Shown here: piece after piece, positions 39,220-47,222 of the stretch
How positions within the stretch are numbered: position 1 is the stretch's first letter
Layout of the letters: each line of letters starts with the position of its first letter
Origin: Candidatus Omnitrophota bacterium
GTDB lineage: Bacteria; Omnitrophota; Gorgyraeia; Zapsychrales; Zapsychraceae
Length of the DNA: 64,000 nucleotides
Direction: 5' to 3'
Assembly (NCBI GenBank): GCA_050250375.1
Contig: JBFWOS010000001.1
Coordinates: 1,086,361 to 1,150,360 of the forward strand
The notes under the pieces: model-generated
Database searches by the model: none
Told to the model about the DNA's origin: nothing
What the model saw: the letters and a program-made list of their open reading frames with translations, nothing else
Made by a program: the position numbers and the translations under genes

Positions 39220-40563
39220 TTAAGGTTGACAGGCTCCCCCCGGACAATTCGCAGCACCGGCACAACAATCACCATTATTTACCCCTCCGACACAAACACC
39301 GGTTTGACCCGGAAGACAACAATATGGTCCTCCTGGAGCCCCGCCGCCGACACAGTTATTACTACAGCAATCCGCAGGAACCGCACAATCAATTCCATTT
39401 GGAGTACAGGATCCAGCCGTATCAAACTGGCAACACCCTAGAACTTCTTGATTCCCTGCATTACAGCCACTTATATCTGCTACACCAGTTCCACACGCAT
39501 TCTGTTGAACAGCCATACAACAATATCCGCCCCCTCCAATCCATTCACACCAAGGAAAAAATTCACATCTGGCAAAACGATTGTCGATGGCCGGTGTAGG
39601 ATATAACAAAGCCACGTTTGTTAAAAAAGATGTGCATGGCGTGTGTTCTTGACAGCCGCTGAACGGATTCCAATTGCAGGCAGATCCATAAATCTGTTCA
39701 CATTGGTCAAAGGGTAAGCCCACGCAACCTGTTGGTTCAGGGGGGGCGGGCGGGGGTATTCGTACACCGCAATCACCGGCCGAAAGCGTACAATCTATAA
39801 TACACACACCTAAAATATTGATTGATCCCGACGGACATTCACAGGATGTTGCCCCAAAACCCGGAACAAACGAAGTCGCACATTCCCACTGACATTTGGG
39901 TGCACTCCCGACAGGAGCACTGCACTTACCTTCTTCAACAAAAACAACATTCTGACTGGCAGGCAAATTGATATTGTCTTGAGGACAGATGTCCGTAGCG
40001 TATTCAGGGTCTCCTGGATTGGGTGGATTTAAACATTGATTTAAACAATTTCTATTAAATTGGCATTCCACTCGGGTGGGATTGTTGTGATCAGGATCGC
40101 CCCCGCAAGAATATAAGGCAGGAACCTCATCGGCGGCACATCCCTGAGTACCGCAATTAATTGGCACAGGCAATTGAACGGGCGTGGTACAACAAGCCGG
40201 CGTTTCAGTACATAAATAATTTAAGCCGCCCGGAGGGGAATTATAACCCAGAGGATTACAAATCCATGCTTGAGTGGCTTCGTATTCTTCACATGTTCCA
40301 TAACCGCAACATGGCGGTAAACTGCATGGTTCTTGATAACTACAAGTCCCGGTAACATCGATGACTCCAGGGGGACTTGCCCCGATTGGATCTTGGAAGG
40401 AATCTGTGACAGAGTCCTCCCAGCCTTTGATATTGGCATTCCAAGAACGGATTACGTAAGGGCTCATGACATAAACCCCGGCCAGGACTAAAATAATCAA
40501 AAGGGCATATTCAATAATACTCTGCCCTTTTTCAGAAAACAATTTTTGAAAAAGCTTCCGCAT
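39220..40563 (-). CDS. Flp/Tad-type prepilin N-terminus fused to Cys-rich modules
   Basis: KG|QSIIEYALLIILVLAG class III signal; one degenerate copy of the neighbour's 6-Cys repeat; C-terminal CxxxxxxCxxxxxCCxxxC. Confidence 0.75.
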   Translation of the reverse strand: MRKLFQKLFSEKGQSIIEYALLIILVLAGVYVMSPYVIRSWNANIKGWEDSVTDSFQDPIGASPPGVIDVTGTCSYQEPCSLPPCCGYGTCEEYEATQAWICNPLGYNSPPGGLNYLCTETPACCTTPVQLPVPINCGTQGCAADEVPALYSCGGDPDHNNPTRVECQFNRNCLNQCLNPPNPGDPEYATDICPQDNINLPASQNVVFVEEGKCSAPVGSAPKCQWECATSFVPGFGATSCECPSGSINILGVCIIDCTLSAGDCGVRIPPPAPPEPTGCVGLPFDQCEQIYGSACNWNPFSGCQEHTPCTSFLTNVALLYPTPAIDNRFARCEFFPWCEWIGGGGYCCMAVQQNACGTGVADISGCNAGNQEVLGCCQFDTAGSCTPNGIDCAVPADCCSNNCVGGGAPGGPYCCLPGQTGVCVGGVNNGDCCAGAANCPGGACQP

Positions 40564-40589
40564 AGATAATAGTCCTATTAAGTAATGTT

Positions 40590-40618
40590 AGTATATATCA
40601 ATACTTTTTATTATTCAA
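40590..40618 (-). promoter_or_regulatory. Sigma70-type promoter for the Flp-like gene
   Basis: TTGAAT-17 nt-TATACT, 27 nt upstream of the ATG. Confidence 0.6.
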
Positions 40619-40693
40619 GAAAAGTTATCTTTTGGAATGCGTTGTAAAAATCTTCAATATTGTATAACTAACCGTAGATATCGTTACGAAAAC

Positions 40694-43600
40694 CTATAGA
40701 CTTTGATGGCATTGAAGCAATACATCCGCTCCTAATTTCCAGCAATGATACAGGTCTCCCAGGAACGCCGCTGGACACGGAGCCCCTTCATTTATTGTAT
40801 AGCCGGGATACCCGGAGAAAGCCGCCCCGCAGGCAGGAGAGAATGGAATCAACTGTGTTGTTTGCTGAATTTTAATCCATTCCCCGTCCTCCGCACAAGC
40901 ACCCGCATCAACTGAATACCCGGAATTACATTGATATTCACATTTTGGAGCCCCGCAGGTAATCACCAGAGATCTGTTCATATTCGTCCCACCCGGGATA
41001 TTCGTATCATCCCCGGAACAATATGCTGCATTGGCCGGTACGCTACCGATACAAATATTCGGGTCGCACACTCCACCGCCGTCATGATATGTATCCGTGC
41101 AGATGTATTCACATTTCGTTCCAACCGTGCACGCAGGCACAACCGTTCGTGGCACGTCGGAATTGCCGGGGATATTAGCATCGTCTCCGGAACATATTGT
41201 TGTGTTTGCAGGCACAGCTCCTATACATTGGTTAAGATTGGTACACCCTGAACCATCGAAATTAAATCCGTCATCACAAATATATTCACATTTTGTTCCA
41301 GCAGTACAAGCTGCCACGACCGTGCGCCCGACATCAGCATTCCCCGGAATATTGATATCATCTCCGGAACAAATCGTCGCATTAATTGGAATAGCCCCTG
41401 TACATATATTTACATCACATGAAGCCCCTCCGAAATTATATCCATCATTACAAATATATTCACATTTAGTTCCAGCCGTACAAGCACCCACCAGAGTACG
41501 GGAAACATCAGAATTGCCCGGGATATTTGTTCCGTCACCGGAACATATGGACGCGTTGGAAGGAGTTGCTCCTGTACAGACATTGACATCACATTGGTTG
41601 GCTCCTCCGTCGTGATATCCGCTGTTGCAAGTATACTCACACAAAGTTACTGTACAAGCCGATACGGTTGTAACCGGCGTATCCGCCAATAATCCGGTGT
41701 TATCTCCCGGACAAATCAGTGCGTTCGCATCAGGTGTTCCTGTACACATGAACGGACGGCACGTGTTCGCGTCTTTGGTAAATCCCGGATCACAGGTGTA
41801 TTCACACTTTGTTCCGCCGGTACATGCATTCGCCACGGTCCGGCCGACATTTAAATTTCCCGGAATGTTTGTATCATCTCCGCTGCATAACGTCGCGTTG
41901 GATGGAACCGTTCCGGTACAAATATTGACGTCACAAACCCCACCGGACTCGTGGAATCCGTCATTACACAAATATTGACAATAAATCGGCAACGTACAAG
42001 CGCCTACGGCCGTGCGGACAACGTCCGAGTTCCCAGGAATTCCGGTATCGTCCCCTGCACAGAGTGTTGCGTTTGACGGAACAGTCCCCGTACAGGCATT
42101 TAAATCACACACCCCGGCGTCATAATTGTATCCGTTGCTGCAGGTATATTCACATTTTGTTCCAATCGTACAGACCGGAACCAAAGTTCGAGCCACATCA
42201 CTGTTCCCAGGAATATTCGTGCCATCCCCCGTACACAATCCCGCATTTGGCGGTACCGCCCCGGTACAGACATTGGCCACACAAATCGTTCCGTTAAAAT
42301 TGAAACCACTGCTGCAGGTATATTCACATTTTGTTCCGGCCGTACAAGCCGCCACCAAGGTTCGGGTAACATCACCATTACCGGGAATATTAATGTTATC
42401 CCCGATACACAAAGTTGCATTAGCCGGCGGCGCTCCGGTACAAACATTGGCATCACATTGATTAATTCCGGCGTCCTTATATCCGCTGTTGCATGTATAT
42501 TCACACATCGTTGCTGTACAGGCTGATACTGTTGTGACCGGCGTATCCGCCAGTAACCCAATATTATCTCCCGGACAGATGGTTGAATTCGAAGCCGGGG
42601 TGCCGATACAATCAAACGTTTCCACCACACAAGCTGTACCGGCGAGATTTAATTCATATCCGGGGTCACAAATGTATTCACACTTGGTCGCTGTACAAGC
42701 GCCAACAAGTGTTAAAGCTAAATTGGCCCTTCCGGTTATATTGGTCCCATCCCCCGCACACAATGTTGCATTAGACGGCGCTGATCCGGTACAAACATTA
42801 ACGTCACACTGGTTAACCCCCGCATCATGATATTCCGTGTTACACCGGTATTCACATTTTGTACCAAACGTACAGGTATTTACCGTCGAAACTGACACAT
42901 CCACGGTCAATCCTGCATTATCTCCAGCACACAGTACAGAATTCGGATCAGGCACTCCGGTACATGCCGGCGCACGACAATCGTTTCCATCAAGAACAAA
43001 ACCGGCATTACATTCATATTCACATTGTGTTCCGGCCGTACACCCTCCTGTAATAACGGCTGTTTTGGGAGTATTCGCCGGCAAATCATCATTATCATTC
43101 AGACAGATTGTGCTATTTGTCGGATCCGGGCCGGTACATAGATAAAGGGGAACACAGGTTATTCCACTGCGGACATAAAACGGCCGGCAGACATGCTCGC
43201 ACTTCACGGGCTGGGTACACGTATCGACTAAGGTATTCGGGGTGTCTGCTGTAAGGCCGGTATCATCCGGTTCGCATATGGTATCAAGATCATAATCGAC
43301 ACAGCACAAATTAGAATGGGCGGGTGCGGGACCGGTACATTGAAACAGAACACAGGCAGTACCATCACTGTAATATCCCGGGTCGCATAAATATTCACAT
43401 TTAGTTCCCGCTGTACATGCGCTGACCGGAGTCCGTGGAGTATCTGCACTTAAACCCGTATCATCGCCGGCACAGAGTGATGAATTAGTTGGAACAGCCC
43501 CGGTACAGACATACGGCACACAACTACCAGCGGAATAATAGTAACCGGCATTACAGCTATATTCACATTTTGTCGGGCCGGTACAAGAAGCAACAAGCGT

Positions 43601-44956
43601 AATCGGAACATCTCCTCTGGTCAGGCCGGCATTATCTCCCGAGCATATTGACGCGTTCGCCGGAGCTGCGCCGGTACAGACAAAAGTACAACTTCCACAG
43701 GTGTACTCATCTCCGCACGGGTTAATACTGCAATCTCCGGTATAATTATATCGGCAGTTTGAACCCGATACCTGACAACCGTCGCTTAAACTGACCGGAC
43801 AATCGGTATAACTGGCACAAGCCGGTGCGATCGCGTAACAGGCCTGAACCGGAGGTTCCAAACAATATCTGCATTCACCGGATGATAATTTTGTATAATC
43901 ATCGCATAAATATTCACATTTTGTTCCGGCCGTACAGGTCGCTACTGAAGAATTCGGTGTATTTGCTGTCAGTCCGGCATTATCTCCCGGGCATAAAGTA
44001 GAATTAATCGGGACCGCGCCGGTACAAGAACAAAAACCGCAATCGGCATTACAACTAAATCCACTGTTGACTGTCCCGCAAGTCTCCGTCCCGGTACAGC
44101 ACCCGTCCCCGCAGACATCGGTCGTGCAATCCCCAGGACAGGTACACTTATTTTCCACTCCGTTACAAATTAAATCCCCGCAAACCGGCACCGCGCAATC
44201 CGACGCACAGCTCACACTATCTTCCGTACCGTCGCATGTTCCGTCCCCGCAGCATGGCGAACAGCTCCCACACGTGCCGCATTGACCGGTGCAATCAAAA
44301 TGGGAATCCCCGCAGGAACACGCCCCGCATTCAACACAGGGATTATACCCCGGCCCGGCCCCGCCGGTGCAGTGTTCAGTACCGACAGCACAAAACCCGT
44401 CACCGCAGACAATCGGACAGGCCCCGCAGTCACTCGTACACATCGGGTCCCCTGTCTCCGGAGCAGGCAACATGCTATCGTTAGATCCGCAGCTTTCCTG
44501 AAAACCCCAATACGTTACGGCATTGGAACACACCCCATCACCGCAAGTCGGACATTCGGCCATAGTCACACCGAGAAATGAACCTCCCAGCACAGCGGCT
44601 TTAAAACTGTTCCACTGGGTCTGAGTCGCCGTGGGAATAAAATATTCTATAATGGACGTGTTGGATATATCCCAGCATTCCGCTTCACCAACATTAGGTG
44701 TTGTGTTGGAGGTATAACTCAAATTAATTCGTAGAGAAGGAATCGTTCCAAGACCTGCATTCCCATCGAGCATATATCCGCCGTTTTCCCATCCATAAAT
44801 CCGGCAGTTGACATTTCCTGACGGGCCGTCATCACAATAACATCCCGTAGCCGGCGGCACACAAGGATCACCGACCGCTGAAAATGCCGCAGAGGCAAAA
44901 CCCAGCATTATGGTTGTAATGAGACCGCCTATTTTTCCCCAAGAACGTTTTTTCAT
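40694..44956 (-). CDS. Large secreted cysteine-rich repeat protein
   Basis: Signal peptide (AFS|A); YFIPTATQTQWNSF module; several CGDGxC repeats; 17 copies of a ~57-aa six-Cys repeat. Confidence 0.88.
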   Translation of the reverse strand: MKKRSWGKIGGLITTIMLGFASAAFSAVGDPCVPPATGCYCDDGPSGNVNCRIYGWENGGYMLDGNAGLGTIPSLRINLSYTSNTTPNVGEAECWDISNTSIIEYFIPTATQTQWNSFKAAVLGGSFLGVTMAECPTCGDGVCSNAVTYWGFQESCGSNDSMLPAPETGDPMCTSDCGACPIVCGDGFCAVGTEHCTGGAGPGYNPCVECGACSCGDSHFDCTGQCGTCGSCSPCCGDGTCDGTEDSVSCASDCAVPVCGDLICNGVENKCTCPGDCTTDVCGDGCCTGTETCGTVNSGFSCNADCGFCSCTGAVPINSTLCPGDNAGLTANTPNSSVATCTAGTKCEYLCDDYTKLSSGECRYCLEPPVQACYAIAPACASYTDCPVSLSDGCQVSGSNCRYNYTGDCSINPCGDEYTCGSCTFVCTGAAPANASICSGDNAGLTRGDVPITLVASCTGPTKCEYSCNAGYYYSAGSCVPYVCTGAVPTNSSLCAGDDTGLSADTPRTPVSACTAGTKCEYLCDPGYYSDGTACVLFQCTGPAPAHSNLCCVDYDLDTICEPDDTGLTADTPNTLVDTCTQPVKCEHVCRPFYVRSGITCVPLYLCTGPDPTNSTICLNDNDDLPANTPKTAVITGGCTAGTQCEYECNAGFVLDGNDCRAPACTGVPDPNSVLCAGDNAGLTVDVSVSTVNTCTFGTKCEYRCNTEYHDAGVNQCDVNVCTGSAPSNATLCAGDGTNITGRANLALTLVGACTATKCEYICDPGYELNLAGTACVVETFDCIGTPASNSTICPGDNIGLLADTPVTTVSACTATMCEYTCNSGYKDAGINQCDANVCTGAPPANATLCIGDNINIPGNGDVTRTLVAACTAGTKCEYTCSSGFNFNGTICVANVCTGAVPPNAGLCTGDGTNIPGNSDVARTLVPVCTIGTKCEYTCSNGYNYDAGVCDLNACTGTVPSNATLCAGDDTGIPGNSDVVRTAVGACTLPIYCQYLCNDGFHESGGVCDVNICTGTVPSNATLCSGDDTNIPGNLNVGRTVANACTGGTKCEYTCDPGFTKDANTCRPFMCTGTPDANALICPGDNTGLLADTPVTTVSACTVTLCEYTCNSGYHDGGANQCDVNVCTGATPSNASICSGDGTNIPGNSDVSRTLVGACTAGTKCEYICNDGYNFGGASCDVNICTGAIPINATICSGDDINIPGNADVGRTVVAACTAGTKCEYICDDGFNFDGSGCTNLNQCIGAVPANTTICSGDDANIPGNSDVPRTVVPACTVGTKCEYICTDTYHDGGGVCDPNICIGSVPANAAYCSGDDTNIPGGTNMNRSLVITCGAPKCEYQCNSGYSVDAGACAEDGEWIKIQQTTQLIPFSPACGAAFSGYPGYTINEGAPCPAAFLGDLYHCWKLGADVLLQCHQSL
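40895..44026 (-). repeat. Intragenic array of 17 ~170-bp coding repeats (16 contiguous)
   Basis: Consensus CTGxxPxN(A/S)TxCxGDxxxxxxxxxxxRTxVxACTAGTKCEYxCxxG(Y/F)xxxGxxC, counted by hand. Confidence 0.88.
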
Positions 44957-44988
44957 CTTTTGTTTTTTCCAGGCCGATTTTTATAAAT

Positions 44989-46146
44989 TCAGCGGGAAGA
45001 ATCCATTTCCATGCCGCGCTTGATTTGATTAATTTCTTTTCTCAAAGAATCAATCTCTTCACTTTGATGTTCGATCAATACCTGCTGTTCTTTAATCGCT
45101 TCAATCATCGGAGCGATCAAATTTCCGTATTTCACATATTTTCTGCCGGACGTTTCATCCGTATGAACCAACTCAGGATAAACTTTTTCGACATCCTGGG
45201 CGGTAATCCCGATATCCTGTTGGCCATTCTCTTTCCAGGTATAACTCAAACCTTCAATTTGTTTAATACCGCTCAACCCTAAAACCGGTTTAAAATTCTC
45301 CTTCAGACGGGCATCCGAAGAATATAAATAAGCATTCGCCGTAACGGTCCCGTTAACATCAAATTCGGTGGTCGGAGCGGCATTTAAAACCCCGATCCTC
45401 CGGGTAGATTGAAGGATCGTCAATAAATGGCTGGCATTATCCGCATCATAAACGTAAAATTGGGCCCCTCCGCCGATGTCACTGTGAACATCAAAACCAC
45501 CGCCAGGAGCTATGGCCAAATCACCGTTGGTCGTGGAAATCGCCGGATTTGCCCCGTTAAAAATCAAATCATTGGTCAACTCAACATCACCGTTGACCTC
45601 CAGCTCCGATGTAGGACTGGTTGTACCGATTCCGACATTTCCCGCACTTGTTATACCCAGACGAAACGCCTCAGCCCCTTCAGCACCGCCCCAAATTGAA
45701 AATCCGTCGGTCAAGCTGGTTTGATGCGCGCGCAATTCCCAAACGGAGTCGGCGGCATCTGTGTTCTGAATCCTGATCGCCGTAAAATCCGTAGCTGCGC
45801 TCTGAACATGCAGTTTGGTCGCCGGAATATTTGTCCCGATGCCTATATCTGCGGTAGACCATGATATGGGATAAAGATCCGTACCGTCCAAAGTCCATTC
45901 ACCAACAGAGTTGGTATAAGAAGTTCCGTCGCAAAACTGTAAATCCCCTGAAACATCAACATACATGGTCCCGGTCGTTGAAACGCTGCAAGCCGGTGGA
46001 GACGCATTCGGGGCCAGTCTTAATGATTGATATACACCAAAGGGAGACGGATAATACGTTGTCATCGTCAAAGTCTCTGCCTGGGCTAAAACCGGCATCA
46101 CCATCAAGGTGATGGTAAGCATCGTGATTCTATATTTTTTTATCAT
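44989..46146 (-). CDS. Secreted trimeric fibre protein with C-terminal peptidase S74 intramolecular chaperone
   Basis: Signal peptide AQA|E; TTYYPSPFGVY; GIGTxxP...L.V repeats; YSSDARLKEN...GITAQDVEKVYPELV...EAIKEQ coiled coil. Start at ATG 46146, because the track TTG lies in the terminator U-tract. Confidence 0.88.
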   Translation of the reverse strand: MIKKYRITMLTITLMVMPVLAQAETLTMTTYYPSPFGVYQSLRLAPNASPPACSVSTTGTMYVDVSGDLQFCDGTSYTNSVGEWTLDGTDLYPISWSTADIGIGTNIPATKLHVQSAATDFTAIRIQNTDAADSVWELRAHQTSLTDGFSIWGGAEGAEAFRLGITSAGNVGIGTTSPTSELEVNGDVELTNDLIFNGANPAISTTNGDLAIAPGGGFDVHSDIGGGAQFYVYDADNASHLLTILQSTRRIGVLNAAPTTEFDVNGTVTANAYLYSSDARLKENFKPVLGLSGIKQIEGLSYTWKENGQQDIGITAQDVEKVYPELVHTDETSGRKYVKYGNLIAPMIEAIKEQQVLIEHQSEEIDSLRKEINQIKRGMEMDSSR

Positions 46147-46168
46147 GTCCCTGCCTTTTTGTTGCGTC

Positions 46169-46204
46169 AAAAAAAAACCTATCCTTCATCCAAGAAGAAT
46201 AGGC
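46169..46204 (-). terminator. Intrinsic terminator (riboswitch expression platform)
   Basis: Minus strand CCTATTCTTC-TTGGAT-GAAGGATAGG followed by T9. Confidence 0.85.
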
Positions 46205-46219
46205 TTATCATTGACTATG

Positions 46220-46300
46220 ATGCTGGCAACTGGCTATCCTAAAAAAACTAGGACCCTTTAGCTTTGTGCCCCACCTTCTCAGATGGTTTACCTTTTGCAT
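46220..46300 (-). ncRNA. c-di-GMP-I (GEMM-I) riboswitch
   Basis: ATGC-AAAA-GGTAAA-CCATCT-GAGA-AGGTGG-GGCACAAAGC-TAAAGG-GTCCTA...TAGGAT-AGCCAGTTGCC-A-GCAT: P1, GNRA-capped P1b, CAAAGC junction and P2 match the class I consensus. Confidence 0.9.
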
Positions 46301-46382
46301 GTATTTTCTGTTCTCTAGTATATAAAGCATAACATACGCTCTTTTCATTTGCCAGATTACTTTAACATGGGTAATATTAGGA

Positions 46383-46411
46383 TTGAACAAAAATGTCATA
46401 AATGTTATACT
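46383..46411 (+). promoter_or_regulatory. Sigma70-type promoter for the CvpA-like gene
   Basis: TTGAAC-17 nt-TATACT with TGn extension. Confidence 0.6.
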
Positions 46412-46457
46412 CGGTAAATCTTCGAAAAGTTCATAACTATAATCCTTTCAATAAAAA

Positions 46458-47216
46458 ATGAACAATTCAATCGATATTGCCGTCTTGGTCTTATTCCTTT
46501 ATTACTTTTGGCGAGGTTGGAAGAAGGGGCTATTAGGCTCTGTTCTCGGTCCGATTTCCTTGATTTTAGGTTGTATCCTCAGCTATGCCTATTTCCTGAA
46601 AACCCAAAATGTGGTTATCTCATTAGCCATCAGTCTGTTTAGCCCCATATTTCTTCAGGGGACAGTGGCTATCCTCTTAAAAATATGGTCAATCCCGACA
46701 CCAAAAAAAAATACATTGTCCCTGACCAGCCGTTTGATTGGATCGGCCGTCAGTCTGGCCTGGAGCGGAGGAATGATCATTGTCCTTATTTTGCTAATTA
46801 TGGTCATCCCTTCCGGATTTCCTTATGCCGGGAAGACCCGTGATGTGTTGTCGGAAACAAAAACTTATGCCCTGATCAACTATTATGCCCATCAGAATTC
46901 ATTACAAAACGAACCGGAAAAAATGGAACGTCTGGTTAAAACAGATGAATTTAAAAAAGTCATCGAAGATGATCATTTCAAAGAAATTATGAACGACCCA
47001 GACATACAAAAATATCTGAAAGAAAAAGATATTGAAGGACTGATGAATGATAAACACGCGCGGGAAAAAATGGCCGGCATGTTAAACAACCGGGATTTAG
47101 TCATGATGCTGTTTGAATTTCAGAAAAAAATGATTGAAGACAGTATGGGGCTAGAGGGGTTTGAAACGAAAGACCCGCCAAAACCAAAGACGATCACGAT
47201 TGAAAACCGGCTGTAA
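46458..47216 (+). CDS. CvpA (colicin V production) family membrane protein
   Basis: NSIDIAVL...RGWKKGLL, SRLIGS; four TM segments plus helical tail. Confidence 0.7.
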   Translation: MNNSIDIAVLVLFLYYFWRGWKKGLLGSVLGPISLILGCILSYAYFLKTQNVVISLAISLFSPIFLQGTVAILLKIWSIPTPKKNTLSLTSRLIGSAVSLAWSGGMIIVLILLIMVIPSGFPYAGKTRDVLSETKTYALINYYAHQNSLQNEPEKMERLVKTDEFKKVIEDDHFKEIMNDPDIQKYLKEKDIEGLMNDKHAREKMAGMLNNRDLVMMLFEFQKKMIEDSMGLEGFETKDPPKPKTITIENRL

Positions 47217-47222
47217 CTCCCT

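Noticed and set aside
40895-44026. Periodic DNA repeats (e.g. TATTCACATTTTGTTCC) resembling a CRISPR array
   Set aside because: Period is ~170 bp, copies are degenerate at codon third positions and in frame within one CDS, and no cas genes are present.
40931-44581. Many overlapping repetitive ORFs in other frames (e.g. 41097-41615)
   Set aside because: Shadows of the Cys-repeat gene with no independent signals.
44989-46146. Prophage tail fibre / prophage remnant
   Set aside because: It has a Sec signal peptide and riboswitch control, and no other phage genes are in the window.
46220-46300. 3'3'-cGAMP (GEMM-Ib) riboswitch variant
   Set aside because: The discriminating position equivalent to Vc2 nt 20 is G, not A.
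46208-46399. 63-aa ORF upstream of the fibre gene
   Set aside because: Overlaps the riboswitch aptamer and promoter region; no recognisable protein features.
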